This document shows, piece after piece, positions 38,400 to 49,140 of a DNA stretch of 64,000 nucleotides. Position 1 is the first letter of the stretch. Each line of letters starts with the position of its first letter. Both the position numbers and the translations under genes were made by a program. The notes below the pieces were generated by a model, which was not told the origin of the DNA, did no database searches, and was given only the letters and a program-made list of their open reading frames with translations. The DNA is from an uncultured beta proteobacterium (GTDB taxonomy: Bacteria > Pseudomonadota > Gammaproteobacteria > Burkholderiales > Burkholderiaceae_C), in assembly GCA_963781205.1 (NCBI GenBank), contig CAWAFG010000047.1, positions 12,936 through 76,935 of the forward strand, written 5' to 3'.

Positions 38400-41003
38400 T
38401 TACTTGCCGAAGGTGAATTGCCCAGGCGACTGAATCGGATCAACATCAACCGGGATCACGTCTTTGGGCAAAAACTTGCCTTCCAGCAAGAGTTTGGAGA
38501 GCGGGTTCTCGATGCGTTGCTGAATAGCGCGCTTCAATGGCCGTGCCCCAAACACCGGATCGAAACCGACCTTGGCCAGTTCGGCCAACGCCGCGGGCGA
38601 CACCTGCAGCGTGAGGTCCATCTTGGCCAGGCGCTCTTCCAGCACCTTGATCTGGATGCCCGCAATCTCGGCAATGTGGCTGGCATCCAGCGCATGAAAT
38701 ACCACGGTTTCGTCAATGCGGTTCAAGAACTCGGGGCGGAAGTGGTTTTTCAACTCACTCGTGACCGCGTCCTTGATGTCATCGCTGTCTTGCCCCACCA
38801 TGCTTTGAATCAGGTGTGAGCCAATGTTGCTGGTCATCACGATGACCGTGTTTTTGAAGTCCACGGTGCGGCCCTGTCCGTCGGTCAAGCGGCCGTCGTC
38901 CAACACCTGCAGCAGCACGTTGAACACATCGGGGTGGGCTTTTTCCACCTCGTCGAGCAACAGCACGCTGTAGGGCTTGCGGCGAACGGCTTCCGTCAGG
39001 TAACCGCCCTCTTCGTAACCCACATAGCCGGGAGGCGCGCCAATCAAGCGGGCCACCGAGTGTTTCTCCATGAATTCACTCATGTCGATGCGCACCAAAT
39101 GCTCTTCGGAATCAAACAAGAACCCAGCCAGCGCCTTGCAAAGCTCGGTTTTACCCACGCCCGTTGGGCCCAGGAACAGGAATGAACCCGTGGGGCGGTT
39201 CGGATCGGACAGACCGGCCCGCGAGCGGCGAATGGCATTGGCCACGGCAGTGATGGCTTCGTCCTGGCCTACCACGCGCTGGTGCAACTTGCCCTCCATG
39301 ACCAGCAGCTTGTCGCGCTCGCCTTGCATGAGCTTGCTGACCGGAATGCCCGTAGCGCGGGCCACCACTTCGGCAATTTCTTCGGCACCGACCATGGTGC
39401 GCAAGAGCTGCGGGCGGCCACCGTCTTTGGCATCTTTGGCTTTGCCGGCCTCGCTGACCTGCGCGTCTTTAAGCTTCTTCTCCAGCTCTGGCAACTTGCC
39501 GTATTGCAGCTCAGCCACCTTGTTGAAGTCACCCTTGCGTGTGGACTCCTCAATCTGGTGACGCAGTTTGTCGATTTCTTCCTTGAACTGGGCCGAGCCC
39601 TGGGCTTGCGCCTTTTCGGCCTTCCAGATTTCGTCGTAATCCGCAATTTCCTTCTGCAGCTTGGTGATCTCGACATTGATCAACTCAAACCGCTTTTGAG
39701 AGGCTTCGTCTTTTTCACGCTTGACGGCTTCACGCTCGATCTGCAACTGAATCAGCCGGCGGTCCAGCTTGTCCATGACTTCGGGTTTGGAGTCGATCTC
39801 GATCTTGATCTTGGCGGCTGCCTCGTCGATCAAGTCAATCGCTTTATCGGGCAAGAAGCGGTCGGTGATGTAGCGGTGGCTCAATTCGGCCGCGGCCACG
39901 ATGGCCGGGTCGGTGATCTGAACGCCGTGGTGGGCTTCGTACTTTTCCTGCAAACCGCGCAGGATGGCGATGGTGGCCTCTACCGTGGGCTCGCCGACCA
40001 GAATTTTCTGGAAACGACGCTCCAGCGCGGCATCTTTTTCAATGTACTTGCGGTACTCGTCCAACGTGGTAGCACCGACGCAGTGCAACTCGCCCCGCGC
40101 CAAGGCGGGCTTGAGCATATTGCCCGCATCCATGGCGCCTTCGGCCTTGCCCGCGCCGACCATGGTATGCAACTCGTCAATAAAAACGATGGTCTGGCCT
40201 TCGTCTTTGGCCAAGTCCTTCAACACGTTTTTCAGACGCTCTTCAAACTCGCCGCGAAACTTGGCACCGGCCAAGAGTGAGGCCATGTCCAGCGACAGCA
40301 CACGCTTGTTCTTCAAGGAATCCGGCACCTCGCCCGCCACAATGCGCTGGGCCAAGCCTTCCACAATGGCGGTTTTGCCCACGCCAGGCTCGCCGATCAA
40401 CACCGGGTTGTTCTTGGTACGGCGCTGCAAGACCTGAATAGCACGGCGAATTTCATCGTCCCGGCCAATCACAGGGTCGAGCTTGCCCATGCGAGCGCGC
40501 TCAGTGAGGTCCACGCAATATTTTTTCAGTGACTCGCGTTGGTCTTCCGCATCGGCGCTGTCGACGTTCTGACCGCCGCGCACTTTGTCGATGGCCGACT
40601 CCAGCGCTGAGCGAGACAGGCCGTTTTCTTTGACCAAACGGCCAATGTCGAGCTTGGTGTCCGTCAAAGCCAGCAGGAACAATTCGCCGGAGACAAACTG
40701 GTCCTCGCGCTTCATGGCTTCTTTCTCTGTGGCTTGAAGCAAGACGCCCATGTCGCGGCCCATTTGCACCTGCTCGTGGCCCTGCACTTGAGGCAGTTTC
40801 TTCATCGCCATCTCGGCGGCCGCCAACAAGCCAGGCACATTGGCGCCAGCGCGCTGCAACAAAGCGCGCGGCCCGTCTTCCTGACGCAACATGGCCAGCA
40901 GCACGTGCACCGGCTCGATATAGGCGTGGTCATTGGCCAGCGCCAGCGACTGGGCGTCGCCCAGTGCTTCCTGAAATTTCGTAGTGAGTTTGTCAATTCG
41001 CAT
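38400..41003 (-). CDS. clpB: ATP-dependent chaperone ClpB
   Basis: MRIDKLT start, two AAA+ modules ([16 protein letters not shown]) and a long coiled-coil middle domain. Confidence 0.97.
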   Translation of the reverse strand: MRIDKLTTKFQEALGDAQSLALANDHAYIEPVHVLLAMLRQEDGPRALLQRAGANVPGLLAAAEMAMKKLPQVQGHEQVQMGRDMGVLLQATEKEAMKREDQFVSGELFLLALTDTKLDIGRLVKENGLSRSALESAIDKVRGGQNVDSADAEDQRESLKKYCVDLTERARMGKLDPVIGRDDEIRRAIQVLQRRTKNNPVLIGEPGVGKTAIVEGLAQRIVAGEVPDSLKNKRVLSLDMASLLAGAKFRGEFEERLKNVLKDLAKDEGQTIVFIDELHTMVGAGKAEGAMDAGNMLKPALARGELHCVGATTLDEYRKYIEKDAALERRFQKILVGEPTVEATIAILRGLQEKYEAHHGVQITDPAIVAAAELSHRYITDRFLPDKAIDLIDEAAAKIKIEIDSKPEVMDKLDRRLIQLQIEREAVKREKDEASQKRFELINVEITKLQKEIADYDEIWKAEKAQAQGSAQFKEEIDKLRHQIEESTRKGDFNKVAELQYGKLPELEKKLKDAQVSEAGKAKDAKDGGRPQLLRTMVGAEEIAEVVARATGIPVSKLMQGERDKLLVMEGKLHQRVVGQDEAITAVANAIRRSRAGLSDPNRPTGSFLFLGPTGVGKTELCKALAGFLFDSEEHLVRIDMSEFMEKHSVARLIGAPPGYVGYEEGGYLTEAVRRKPYSVLLLDEVEKAHPDVFNVLLQVLDDGRLTDGQGRTVDFKNTVIVMTSNIGSHLIQSMVGQDSDDIKDAVTSELKNHFRPEFLNRIDETVVFHALDASHIAEIAGIQIKVLEERLAKMDLTLQVSPAALAELAKVGFDPVFGARPLKRAIQQRIENPLSKLLLEGKFLPKDVIPVDVDPIQSPGQFTFGK

Positions 41004-41029
41004 AGCAATCCCTTGTATGTAGTTACCCA

Positions 41030-41059
41030 ACAGCTTGTGGCGTGCCGGGGGTTTTCAAG
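41030..41059 (-). promoter_or_regulatory. Candidate sigma-32 promoter of clpB
   Basis: - strand CTTGAAA (41059-41053), then about 12 nt, then a weak -10 (CCACAAGCT). Confidence 0.45.
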
Positions 41060-41096
41060 AGTTTGCGCGAAGCGACTCCACCAAGCTTGACCTGTA

Positions 41097-41894
41097 TCAA
41101 CCCAAACGAAGTTCCAGAGGATTTCCCTCAAACGAGGGCAGACTCTCTCGCCAATAGGCATACGTCCATGCGGTTTGAAACCCCAAGCGGCGGTAAAGCG
41201 CCAATGCGGATGTGCTGCTTTCGTGGACCTGCAAATAGACCCGGTCGATGCCGTTGGCTCGCGCCTCCTTGGCCATGCTCAACAGGAGCTTTCGAGCCAA
41301 GCCTCGCCCACGTTGATTGGCCTGGGTACGCAAACCGTGCACCCCCAACCACCCCTCACCCAGTGAGGCGGCACCGCAGGCCAAGGTTTGCCCCCCTTCT
41401 CGAAAGCTGGCGTATCGCGTGCCCGTGGCTCGCGCCAAAGCAGCAGCGCGGCTGGCACCGTCCACAGGATCAAACCCCTCGCCTAAAAACATCGCCGCCC
41501 AGGCGTCATCGGGCCGCTCGGCCAACTCGCTCCCCAGAACATCGACACCATGTAGCGCTGCAATCAGGTCTGGAACCACAGCGGTTTGGGTCAAAGTGGG
41601 TTGATCGCGCACAAACCCCAAGGCCAGCAAGCGTGCCCTGACAGCATCAAACGCCGGCAGACCCGGGATTCTCAGCACGGGCTGAAAACCGTGGTCGCGG
41701 TAACACGCCACAATTTGGTCGACCACCGTCGCCTCACACGGGTCACGGGTCAATGGAACAGCGCTATAAGCCCGGCCCACCGTTCCGCGGTCCATGGGCA
41801 ACAGCCAGCCAGGCAACTCATGCACCTGTTCGGGGGCCACGGCTTGAAGCGTGGCCCGCTCCAGGGAGTCAATGTCAGCGGCGGTGAGCTGCAT
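41097..41894 (-). CDS. GNAT family N-acetyltransferase
   Basis: C-terminal motif A RGRGLARKLL and YLQV..ALALYRRLGF. Confidence 0.85.
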   Translation of the reverse strand: MQLTAADIDSLERATLQAVAPEQVHELPGWLLPMDRGTVGRAYSAVPLTRDPCEATVVDQIVACYRDHGFQPVLRIPGLPAFDAVRARLLALGFVRDQPTLTQTAVVPDLIAALHGVDVLGSELAERPDDAWAAMFLGEGFDPVDGASRAAALARATGTRYASFREGGQTLACGAASLGEGWLGVHGLRTQANQRGRGLARKLLLSMAKEARANGIDRVYLQVHESSTSALALYRRLGFQTAWTYAYWRESLPSFEGNPLELRLG

Positions 41895-41899
41895 TGGGC

Positions 41900-42412
41900 T
41901 CAAGCATTGTTGGCTTGAATGCCCCATTTGGCCAGCGCCGCGTCATCGGTGACGCGGGCGTCGACCCAGCGTGCGCCTGCTGGGGTTTCTTCTTTCTTCC
42001 AGAACGGGGCCTGGGTCTTCAGATAGTCCATCAAGAATTCACAGGCTTGAAAACTCTCGCCCCGGTGGGCAGAGGTGACGGCCACCATGACGATTTGGTC
42101 CAGCGGCTGCAACAAACCGACCCGGTGAATGACACGCGCGCCAAAGATATCAAAGCGCTGGTGGGCGGCGTCAATCATGGCCTCGATGGCCTTTTCGGTC
42201 ATGCCGGGGTAGTGCTCCAACTCCATGCTGCTGATCAAACCCGGTGTGCCGGCGGTTCGGTCCCGCACGGTGCCGACAAAGCTGCACACGGCACCCACCC
42301 GGCCATCCAGCGCTCGCAGCGCCGCAATCTCGGCGCCCAAGTCAAAGTCTGCCGTTTGAACGACAACTCGGGGCTGGATTGAAGTTAACGTTGTGGGCAA
42401 TGGCTGTGTCAT
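41900..42412 (-). CDS. moaE: Molybdopterin synthase catalytic subunit
   Basis: FVGTVR, LEHYPGMTEK, HRVG, SAHR, MDYLKTQAPFWKKE. Confidence 0.95.
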   Translation of the reverse strand: MTQPLPTTLTSIQPRVVVQTADFDLGAEIAALRALDGRVGAVCSFVGTVRDRTAGTPGLISSMELEHYPGMTEKAIEAMIDAAHQRFDIFGARVIHRVGLLQPLDQIVMVAVTSAHRGESFQACEFLMDYLKTQAPFWKKEETPAGARWVDARVTDDAALAKWGIQANNA

Positions 42413-42416
42413 GGTC

Positions 42417-42668
42417 TTAGCCGCCGGTCACGGGGGGGAAGAAAGCCACTTCAGCGCCATCGACCAACGCCACGCTTTCGTCACTCATGTCCTGATTCAT
42501 GGCCAGTCGCACAGAGCGGCCGCGAGCCAGGCTCTCCGCATAGGCACCGCCTTTGGCGATCAATTCGTCGCGCAACGCGGCCAAAGTGGCGGCGTCAGTC
42601 TGAAGCAACTCGCTGGACTGCCCAATGGCCTCGCGAATGGAGGCAAAGTACTTCACGGTGACTTTCAT
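42417..42668 (-). CDS. moaD: Molybdopterin synthase sulfur carrier
   Basis: YFASIRE, C-terminal FFPPVTGG. Confidence 0.95.
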   Translation of the reverse strand: MKVTVKYFASIREAIGQSSELLQTDAATLAALRDELIAKGGAYAESLARGRSVRLAMNQDMSDESVALVDGAEVAFFPPVTGG

Positions 42669-43915
42669 GCCAGCAACTCCGAAAACGAGATAAAACGCAC
42701 CACATCACCCTCTTGGATGGTCTGGCCCGCTGGGTTGTCCACCAAGCCATCGCCCCAAACGGCAGAAGTCAGCACGCCGGAACTCTGATTGGAGAACAAA
42801 TCAAGCCCGCCGGCCGCATTGCGGCGAACCCGCAAGAACTCACGACGTTTATCGGCTCTAGCCCAGGTGAAATGGGCGGGGATAGCTACTGATTGAATAG
42901 CAACATCCGAGACACCCTGGAGCCGCAACAGAAACGGACGCACCAGCAGCAAAAAGGTCACGAAGCTGGACACCGGGTTACCCGGCAGGCCGATTAAATG
43001 CGCGCCCTGCACCTTGCCATAGGCAAAAGGTTTGCCGGGTTTGATGGCGATTTGCCACAAATCCAGCGAGCCCAGCGACTGAACGGCAGGTTTGATGTGG
43101 TCTTCTTCCCCCACCGAGACACCGCCGCTGGTCAAAATCAGATCGTGCTTCTGGGCGGCGGCGCGCAAGGCGTCCTGCGTGGCATCGAGCCGGTCAGGCA
43201 CGATGCCCAGGTCGGTGACGTCACAACCCAGCCGAATCAAGAGCGCCCGCAAAAAGAACCGGTTGGAGTTGTAAATGGCACCGGGCTTCATGGCTTCGGG
43301 TGCCACGTCACCCGGCATGACCAATTCGTCTCCGGTGGAGAACAAAGCCACTTTGGGGCGACGCACCACGGGCAAGCGATCAACACCAATACTGGCTGCC
43401 AACCCAATAGAGGCGGGCGTAAGCCGCTCTCCTTTTGAGAGCACTACGGCGCCTTGGGTGACGTCCTCACCCGCGCGGCGAATCCATTGACCCATGTCAG
43501 GAACGACGGCCAGGCGAACCGTGTCGCCCGCGTCCGTCTTGATCAACTCGCCCTCTTCCTGCATGACCACCGCATCGGCACCCGGCGGAATAGGCGCGCC
43601 AGTGAAAATTCGCGCCACGCTCATGGGCGCCAGCGCCACACCAGCCATGCCAGCAGCAATGCGCTGGGACACGGGCAGTGCCTGGTCGTTGGCCTGCAGC
43701 ACATCTTCGCGGCGGACGGCGTAGCCATCCATGGAGCTGTTGTCTTGGGGAGGCACTTGGAGGCCCGACACCTGGTCTTGCGCCAGCACCCGGCCATCAG
43801 CGTCAAAGGTCGACACCCACTCCACCTCAGTCAAGGCGGTGGCGAACCCAAGCAATTCAACCAGCGCATCGTCTAGCGGCTTCAAGGGGGCACGAGGGGG
43901 GCGCGGGGCGTTCAT
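42665..43915 (-). CDS. moeA: Molybdopterin molybdotransferase
   Basis: SMDGYA, RIFTGAP, STGDEL, SGGVSVG, KPGKP, GLPGNP, QSSG. Confidence 0.95.
   Translation of the reverse strand: MNAPRPPRAPLKPLDDALVELLGFATALTEVEWVSTFDADGRVLAQDQVSGLQVPPQDNSSMDGYAVRREDVLQANDQALPVSQRIAAGMAGVALAPMSVARIFTGAPIPPGADAVVMQEEGELIKTDAGDTVRLAVVPDMGQWIRRAGEDVTQGAVVLSKGERLTPASIGLAASIGVDRLPVVRRPKVALFSTGDELVMPGDVAPEAMKPGAIYNSNRFFLRALLIRLGCDVTDLGIVPDRLDATQDALRAAAQKHDLILTSGGVSVGEEDHIKPAVQSLGSLDLWQIAIKPGKPFAYGKVQGAHLIGLPGNPVSSFVTFLLLVRPFLLRLQGVSDVAIQSVAIPAHFTWARADKRREFLRVRRNAAGGLDLFSNQSSGVLTSAVWGDGLVDNPAGQTIQEGDVVRFISFSELLA
42854..42902 (+). repeat. Dispersed 49-bp element, copy 5 (inside moeA, antisense)
   Basis: ggctcta gccc aggtgaaatgg gcggggata gctac tgattga atagc a. 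Confidence 0.8.
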
Positions 43916-44445
43916 TGATAAATCTCCGGGCGGTAATCAAAACGGTCGCCACTGGCCTGAAGCCAGTCGGCCACCGCGTCGGCATCGTTGAGGTTGAGCA
44001 CGGGCCGCTGGGTGGCCTGCGGCAAGGCCTCAGGCGAATCGGTAGCGATGGCAACGATGAAATCGTCATCCATGTAGCGCGCAGGCTTGGTACTGAGGTG
44101 GCGCCAGACCTCTATTTTCTGCAAGTCGCAGTCGCGAAAGCCTTCAACAAGCACCCAGTCCACCCCGGGACTCAACTCGCCAATCATTTGATGCACCGTC
44201 AATTCGGTGGTCTGTTCGAACTCACGAATCAACGCCAAGCGCTGATCAGAGGCCACCACCACCTCAAAGGCACCAGCTTCGCGGTGGCGAAAAGTGTCTT
44301 TGCCGGCGTGATCAATGTCAAAGCGGTGGTGCGCATGCTTGACCACCGACACCCGAAGCCCGCGGGCGTTCAGGGCGGGAATCAAGCGCTCAATGAGGGC
44401 TGTCTTGCCTGCCCCGGAGTAGCCGGCAATGCCCACCACTTTCAT
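43912..44445 (-). CDS. mobB: Molybdopterin-guanine dinucleotide biosynthesis protein B
   Basis: GYSGAGKT, KHAHHRFDID..GKDT, LVEGF. Confidence 0.93.
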   Translation of the reverse strand: MKVVGIAGYSGAGKTALIERLIPALNARGLRVSVVKHAHHRFDIDHAGKDTFRHREAGAFEVVVASDQRLALIREFEQTTELTVHQMIGELSPGVDWVLVEGFRDCDLQKIEVWRHLSTKPARYMDDDFIVAIATDSPEALPQATQRPVLNLNDADAVADWLQASGDRFDYRPEIYQ

Positions 44446-45869
44446 GCGCAGGACTGCGTGATGTAGGCTTTGATAGCGCCGGCATCGGCCGCCATGCGAA
44501 TCACCCGCTTGGGCAAGTCCTCGATGCCTTCAAACTGGGCGGGGCGATCAGGTTCACGCCCCAACGCTTCCACAATGGTGGCGGCAAATTTGATCGGCAG
44601 CGCTGTTTCCAAAACGATCATCGGCACGCCAGTTTTCTGGTGCTCACGGGCCACTTTGACGCCATCGGCCGTGTGCGTATCAATCATCACGCCAAAGCGA
44701 TTAAAGGTGTCCTTGATGGTGGCGAGCCGGTCGGCGTGCACACTTTTCCCGCTCGCAAAGCCGTAGCGCGTCACCGCATCAGCGAAGGCGGGGTCGCCCG
44801 ACAAGTCAAACCGGCCTTCTTTGGCCAGGCCTGCGCCGAACAAGGCTTGCACCCGCTGGCCATCGCGCCCGAGCAGGTCAAAGATAAAGCGCTCAAAGTT
44901 GGAGGCTTTGGAGATGTCCATCGACGGGCTGGAGGTTTCGTGGGTGTCGGCACTGCCACGCACACGGTAGACGCCGGTCCGAAAGAACTCGTCCAGCACA
45001 TCGTTTTCGTTGGTCGCCGCTACCAACTTGTCCACCGGCAACCCCATCATGCGGGCCACGTGGCCGGCGCAGATGTTGCCAAAATTGCCGCTGGGCACGG
45101 TGAAGCTCACCTTTTCAGCGTTGGTCTGGGTGGCCTGAAAGTAACCGGCAAAGTAATACACCACCTGGGCCATCAAGCGCGCCCAGTTGATGGAGTTGAC
45201 GGTGCCAATCTTGTACTGGCGCTTGAAGTCCAGATCGTTCGACACCGCTTTGACCATGTCCTGGCAGTCATCAAACACACCATCCACCGCGATGTTGTGG
45301 ATGTTGTCATCCATCAAACTGAACATCTGAGCTTGCTGAAACGGGCTCATGCGCCCATGCGGGCTGGTCATGAAGACGCGCACGCCTTTTTTGCCGCGCA
45401 TGGCATATTCAGCGGCGCTGCCGGTGTCGCCACTCGTCGCGCCCAGAATGTTCAATTCTTCGCCACGGCGAGCCAGTTCGTACTCAAACAGGTTGCCCAG
45501 CAACTGCATGGCCATGTCTTTGAAGGCCAGCGTGGGGCCGTTGGACAGGGCTTCCAAGTACAAACCATCTTCGACCTTTTTCAAAGGCACGATTTCGCGC
45601 GTGCCAAACACCGCTTCTGTGTAGGTTTTGTCGCAAATTTGCTTCAAATCAGCGGCGGGAATGTCGTCGATGTAGAGCGACAGCACCTCAAACGCCAGTG
45701 CCGCGTAACCCTGGTGCTGATAGGCCAAGCGCCAACGGGTCAGCGTGGCGTCATCCACCTGCGGGTAGTGCTCAGGCAGGTACAGGCCGCCATCAGGCGC
45801 CAAGCCTTCAAGCAGAATCTCGCAAAAACGGCGGCGGGTGGGCTCCCCGCGCGTGGACAGGTAATTCAT
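44442..45869 (-). CDS. thrC: Threonine synthase
   Basis: YLSTRG, GLAPDGGLY, GPTLAFKD, ATSGDTG, NSINWAR, PSGNFG. Confidence 0.96.
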   Translation of the reverse strand: MNYLSTRGEPTRRRFCEILLEGLAPDGGLYLPEHYPQVDDATLTRWRLAYQHQGYAALAFEVLSLYIDDIPAADLKQICDKTYTEAVFGTREIVPLKKVEDGLYLEALSNGPTLAFKDMAMQLLGNLFEYELARRGEELNILGATSGDTGSAAEYAMRGKKGVRVFMTSPHGRMSPFQQAQMFSLMDDNIHNIAVDGVFDDCQDMVKAVSNDLDFKRQYKIGTVNSINWARLMAQVVYYFAGYFQATQTNAEKVSFTVPSGNFGNICAGHVARMMGLPVDKLVAATNENDVLDEFFRTGVYRVRGSADTHETSSPSMDISKASNFERFIFDLLGRDGQRVQALFGAGLAKEGRFDLSGDPAFADAVTRYGFASGKSVHADRLATIKDTFNRFGVMIDTHTADGVKVAREHQKTGVPMIVLETALPIKFAATIVEALGREPDRPAQFEGIEDLPKRVIRMAADAGAIKAYITQSCA

Positions 45870-47191
45870 CAGGCCAACTCTTCCTTGCGAATACGGGTAA
45901 TAGGTGCCAGCACCGTGGGCAGCTTCTGCATCTGCTCCAGCGCGCTATTCATGTTGGACTCGACGCAGTCGTGGGTGAGGATGATGATGTCAGTTTGGGT
46001 CGATCCCTCCCCGCCCACTTCATCCGCTTCGCGCTGCAACATGGCGTCGATGCTGATACCGGCCTCAGCCAGCAAACCAGTGACTTTGGCCAACACGCCA
46101 GCCTCATCCGCCACGCGCAAACGCAGGTAGTAACTGGTGACCACTTCGCTCATCGGCAAGATGTGTAAATCGCTCATGGCATTCGGCTGGAAAGCCAGAT
46201 GCGGCACGCGCTGGGCCGCGTCTGCGGTGTGCAGGCGGGTGATGTCCACCAGGTCCGCAATCACCGCGCTGGCGGTCGGCTCGGAACCGGCGCCCTTGCC
46301 GTAGTACAGCGTGGTGCCCACGGCATCAGCCTGTACGACAACGGCATTCATGGCGCCTTCCACGTTGGCAATCAAACGCTTGGTCGGCACCAAACTGGGG
46401 TGAACGCGCAGCTCAACACCGGCCTCAGTGCGCTTGGTGATGCCCAACAGCTTGATACGGTAGCCGAGTTGTTCGGCGTACTTGATGTCAACCGAACTCA
46501 GCTTGGTGATGCCTTCGATGTAAGCTTTCTCGAACTGAACGGGAATACCGAACGCAATGGCCGACATGAGGGTGACCTTGTGCGCGGCGTCCACACCTTC
46601 GATGTCAAAGGTGGGGTCCGCTTCGGCGTAGCCCAGTTCCTGTGCTTGTTTGAGCACGACACCAAAGTCCAGCCCTTTGTCGCGCATTTCGGACAGGATG
46701 AAGTTGGTGGTGCCATTGATGATGCCGGCCAGCCACTGGATACGGTTGGCGGTCAAGCCTTCGCGCAGGGCCTTGATGATAGGAATGCCACCGGCCACGG
46801 CCGCTTCAAACGCGACCATCACGCCCTTTTCGGAGGCTGCCGCAAAAATCTCGGTGCCGTGCACGGCCAGCAAGGCCTTGTTGGCGGTGACCACATGCTT
46901 GCCAGCCGCAATGGCCTCCATGACCAGCGTCTTGGCAATACCGTAGCCGCCGATCAACTCAATCACGATGTCAATATCAGGGTTGGCAATGACAGCGCGT
47001 GCGTCGTTGACGACTTTGACGCCATCACCCACCAAGCTCTGGGCGCGCGCTACGTCCAGATCAGCCACCATGGTGATCTCAATGCCACGACCCGCGCGGC
47101 GCATGATTTCTTCCTGGTTGCGACGCAGCACATTGAATGTGCCAGAACCCACCACACCAATGCCCAACAGCCCTACTTGAATCGGTTTCAT
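45869..47191 (-). CDS. hom: Homoserine dehydrogenase
   Basis: GIGVVG, VVTANK, EAAVAGGIP, NGTTN, GYAEADP, C-terminal ACT domain. Confidence 0.96.
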   Translation of the reverse strand: MKPIQVGLLGIGVVGSGTFNVLRRNQEEIMRRAGRGIEITMVADLDVARAQSLVGDGVKVVNDARAVIANPDIDIVIELIGGYGIAKTLVMEAIAAGKHVVTANKALLAVHGTEIFAAASEKGVMVAFEAAVAGGIPIIKALREGLTANRIQWLAGIINGTTNFILSEMRDKGLDFGVVLKQAQELGYAEADPTFDIEGVDAAHKVTLMSAIAFGIPVQFEKAYIEGITKLSSVDIKYAEQLGYRIKLLGITKRTEAGVELRVHPSLVPTKRLIANVEGAMNAVVVQADAVGTTLYYGKGAGSEPTASAVIADLVDITRLHTADAAQRVPHLAFQPNAMSDLHILPMSEVVTSYYLRLRVADEAGVLAKVTGLLAEAGISIDAMLQREADEVGGEGSTQTDIIILTHDCVESNMNSALEQMQKLPTVLAPITRIRKEELA

Positions 47192-47221
47192 AAATACTCT
47201 TACTAATTTAACGGTAAATTG

Positions 47222-47270
47222 GGCCTTTGCCCTGATGGAACATGCGGGAGTAGCTATTCTTTCAATAGCA
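47222..47270 (+). repeat. Dispersed 49-bp element, copy 6 (alaA-hom intergenic)
   Basis: ggccttt gccc tgatggaacat gcgggagta gctat tctttca atagc a. Confidence 0.82.
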
Positions 47271-47283
47271 CTCTCACGGCGAA

Positions 47284-48510
47284 TTAATTGCTGTGACGCT
47301 TGCGGTAACTCTCAAGAAACTTGGCCACACGGCCAATGGCTTCTCTCAAGTCGTCTTCGTGCGGCAAAAACACAATGCGGAAATGGTCCGGGCTGGGCCA
47401 GTTGAAGCCCGTGCCCTGAACCAGCATCACCTTGGTTTCTTGCAAGAGCTCCAGGAAAAACTCCTGATCGTCCGCAATCGGGTACATCGTGGCGTCGAGC
47501 TTGGGAAACATGTACAGCGCCGCACTCGGTTTGACACAGGTCACGCCAGGAATGGCGGTGATCAACTCATAGGCCAAATCGCGCTGGCGGCGCAAGCGCC
47601 CGCCCTCATTCACCAACTCATTGATGCTTTGATGACCGCCCAAAGCGGTCTGAATGGCCCACTGTCCGGGCACGTTGGAGCAAAGGCGCATGTTCGAGAG
47701 CATGTTCAAGCCCTCGATGTAGTCCTTGGCGGGCTTTTTGTCGCCCGACACAATCATCCAGCCAGAACGGTAGCCGCAGGAACGATAGCTCTTGGACAAC
47801 GAGTTGAAGGTCAAAGTCAGCACATCGTCTGACAAACTGCCCAAGGCCGTGTGACGTACATCGTCGTACAGCACCTTGTCATAGACCTCGTCGGCAAAAA
47901 TAACCAAGCCGTGCTCACGGGCAATCTCCACAATGGCTTTGAGCAGGTCATCTGAGTACAAGGCACCCGTTGGGTTATTGGGGTTGATCACCACAATGCC
48001 TTTGGTGCGGGGGGTAATCTTGGCCCGAATATCCGCCAAGTCAGGCATCCAGCCATTAGCTTCGTCACAGTTGTAGTGGACTGGCGCGCCGCCCGACAGG
48101 CTAGTTGCAGCGGTCCAAAGCGGGTAGTCAGGTGAGGGCAACAACAACTCGTCGCCATCGTCCAGCAAGGCGTTGGTGGCCATCACAATCAGTTCGCTGG
48201 CGCCGTTGCCGAGGTAAATGTCGTCCAGCGTCACCCCTTGGATGCCTTGTTCCTGGGTGTAATGCATGACCGCTTTGCGCGCCGCAAAGATGCCTTTGCT
48301 GTCAGAATATCCCGCCGAATTGGGCAGGTTGCGGATCATGTCCTGCTGAATCTCTTCCGGACTGTCAAAGCCAAAAACGGCCAGATTGCCGATATTCAAC
48401 TTGATGATCTTGTGACCCTCTTCTTCCATCTGGCGAGCCGCGTCCATGATCGGTCCGCGTATGTCATAGCAGACGTTGGCCAACTTGGCAGATTTTCGAA
48501 TGGTTTTCAA
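47284..48510 (-). CDS. alaA: Class I/II aminotransferase AlaA/AlaT
   Basis: KSAKLANVCYDIRGP, LNIGN, NPNNPTG, DEVY, SLSKSYRSCGYRSGW. Confidence 0.9.
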   Translation of the reverse strand: MKTIRKSAKLANVCYDIRGPIMDAARQMEEEGHKIIKLNIGNLAVFGFDSPEEIQQDMIRNLPNSAGYSDSKGIFAARKAVMHYTQEQGIQGVTLDDIYLGNGASELIVMATNALLDDGDELLLPSPDYPLWTAATSLSGGAPVHYNCDEANGWMPDLADIRAKITPRTKGIVVINPNNPTGALYSDDLLKAIVEIAREHGLVIFADEVYDKVLYDDVRHTALGSLSDDVLTLTFNSLSKSYRSCGYRSGWMIVSGDKKPAKDYIEGLNMLSNMRLCSNVPGQWAIQTALGGHQSINELVNEGGRLRRQRDLAYELITAIPGVTCVKPSAALYMFPKLDATMYPIADDQEFFLELLQETKVMLVQGTGFNWPSPDHFRIVFLPHEDDLREAIGRVAKFLESYRKRHSN

Positions 48511-48620
48511 AATCCCTCCGGGAGTGCGTTACACAGGGCGAAACCTATAATTTGACCACATTTCCGAACCCGAACTCTGGTTTTGGTTGCACTGCAGCAT
48601 GCTCACCGAGGCTTTCGACC

Positions 48621-48995
48621 ATGAAATTCCAACCCGACTCCATCGACGTTCAATCCATCAGCGGCTACGGCCCCGGCTGGATCGGCGTAGGCAACGAAAA
48701 AATAACCACCAGCATCGTGCTCGGCTCGCGCGGCGAACGCTTTGAATGGGACTGTGATCAATTTGAGAATCTGAGCGAAACCCATTTCGCACAACTGGCG
48801 GCGCTGGGCACAGAATTGATCATTTTCGGGAGCGGCGACCGAATTCGCTTTCCCAGCCCAGCCTGGATCGCCCCCTTGGTCAGCCGCCAGATCGGCATTG
48901 AAACCATGGATGTGCAAGCGGCCTGTCGCACCTACAACATCCTCGCTGGCGAGGGGCGGCATGTCGCCGTCGCTCTCTTGATGCAGTCACCCTAG
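48621..48995 (+). CDS. Mth938-like (DUF498) protein
   Basis: IIFGSG, GIETMD..AACRTYNILAGEGR; start MKFQPD. Confidence 0.88.
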   Translation: MKFQPDSIDVQSISGYGPGWIGVGNEKITTSIVLGSRGERFEWDCDQFENLSETHFAQLAALGTELIIFGSGDRIRFPSPAWIAPLVSRQIGIETMDVQAACRTYNILAGEGRHVAVALLMQSP

Positions 48996-49140
48996 GGATA
49001 GACCGTAGTGACTTTACCGGCTCGCCGTCTCATTTGGAGTTAAAATATCGGGTTGCAGTTGCAGGCGCCGGAGTGCTGTCAGAGGATAGTGCTTGCAACT
49101 TACGAGAACGACGCATCCTGTCACACGAGATTTAAGAAAT

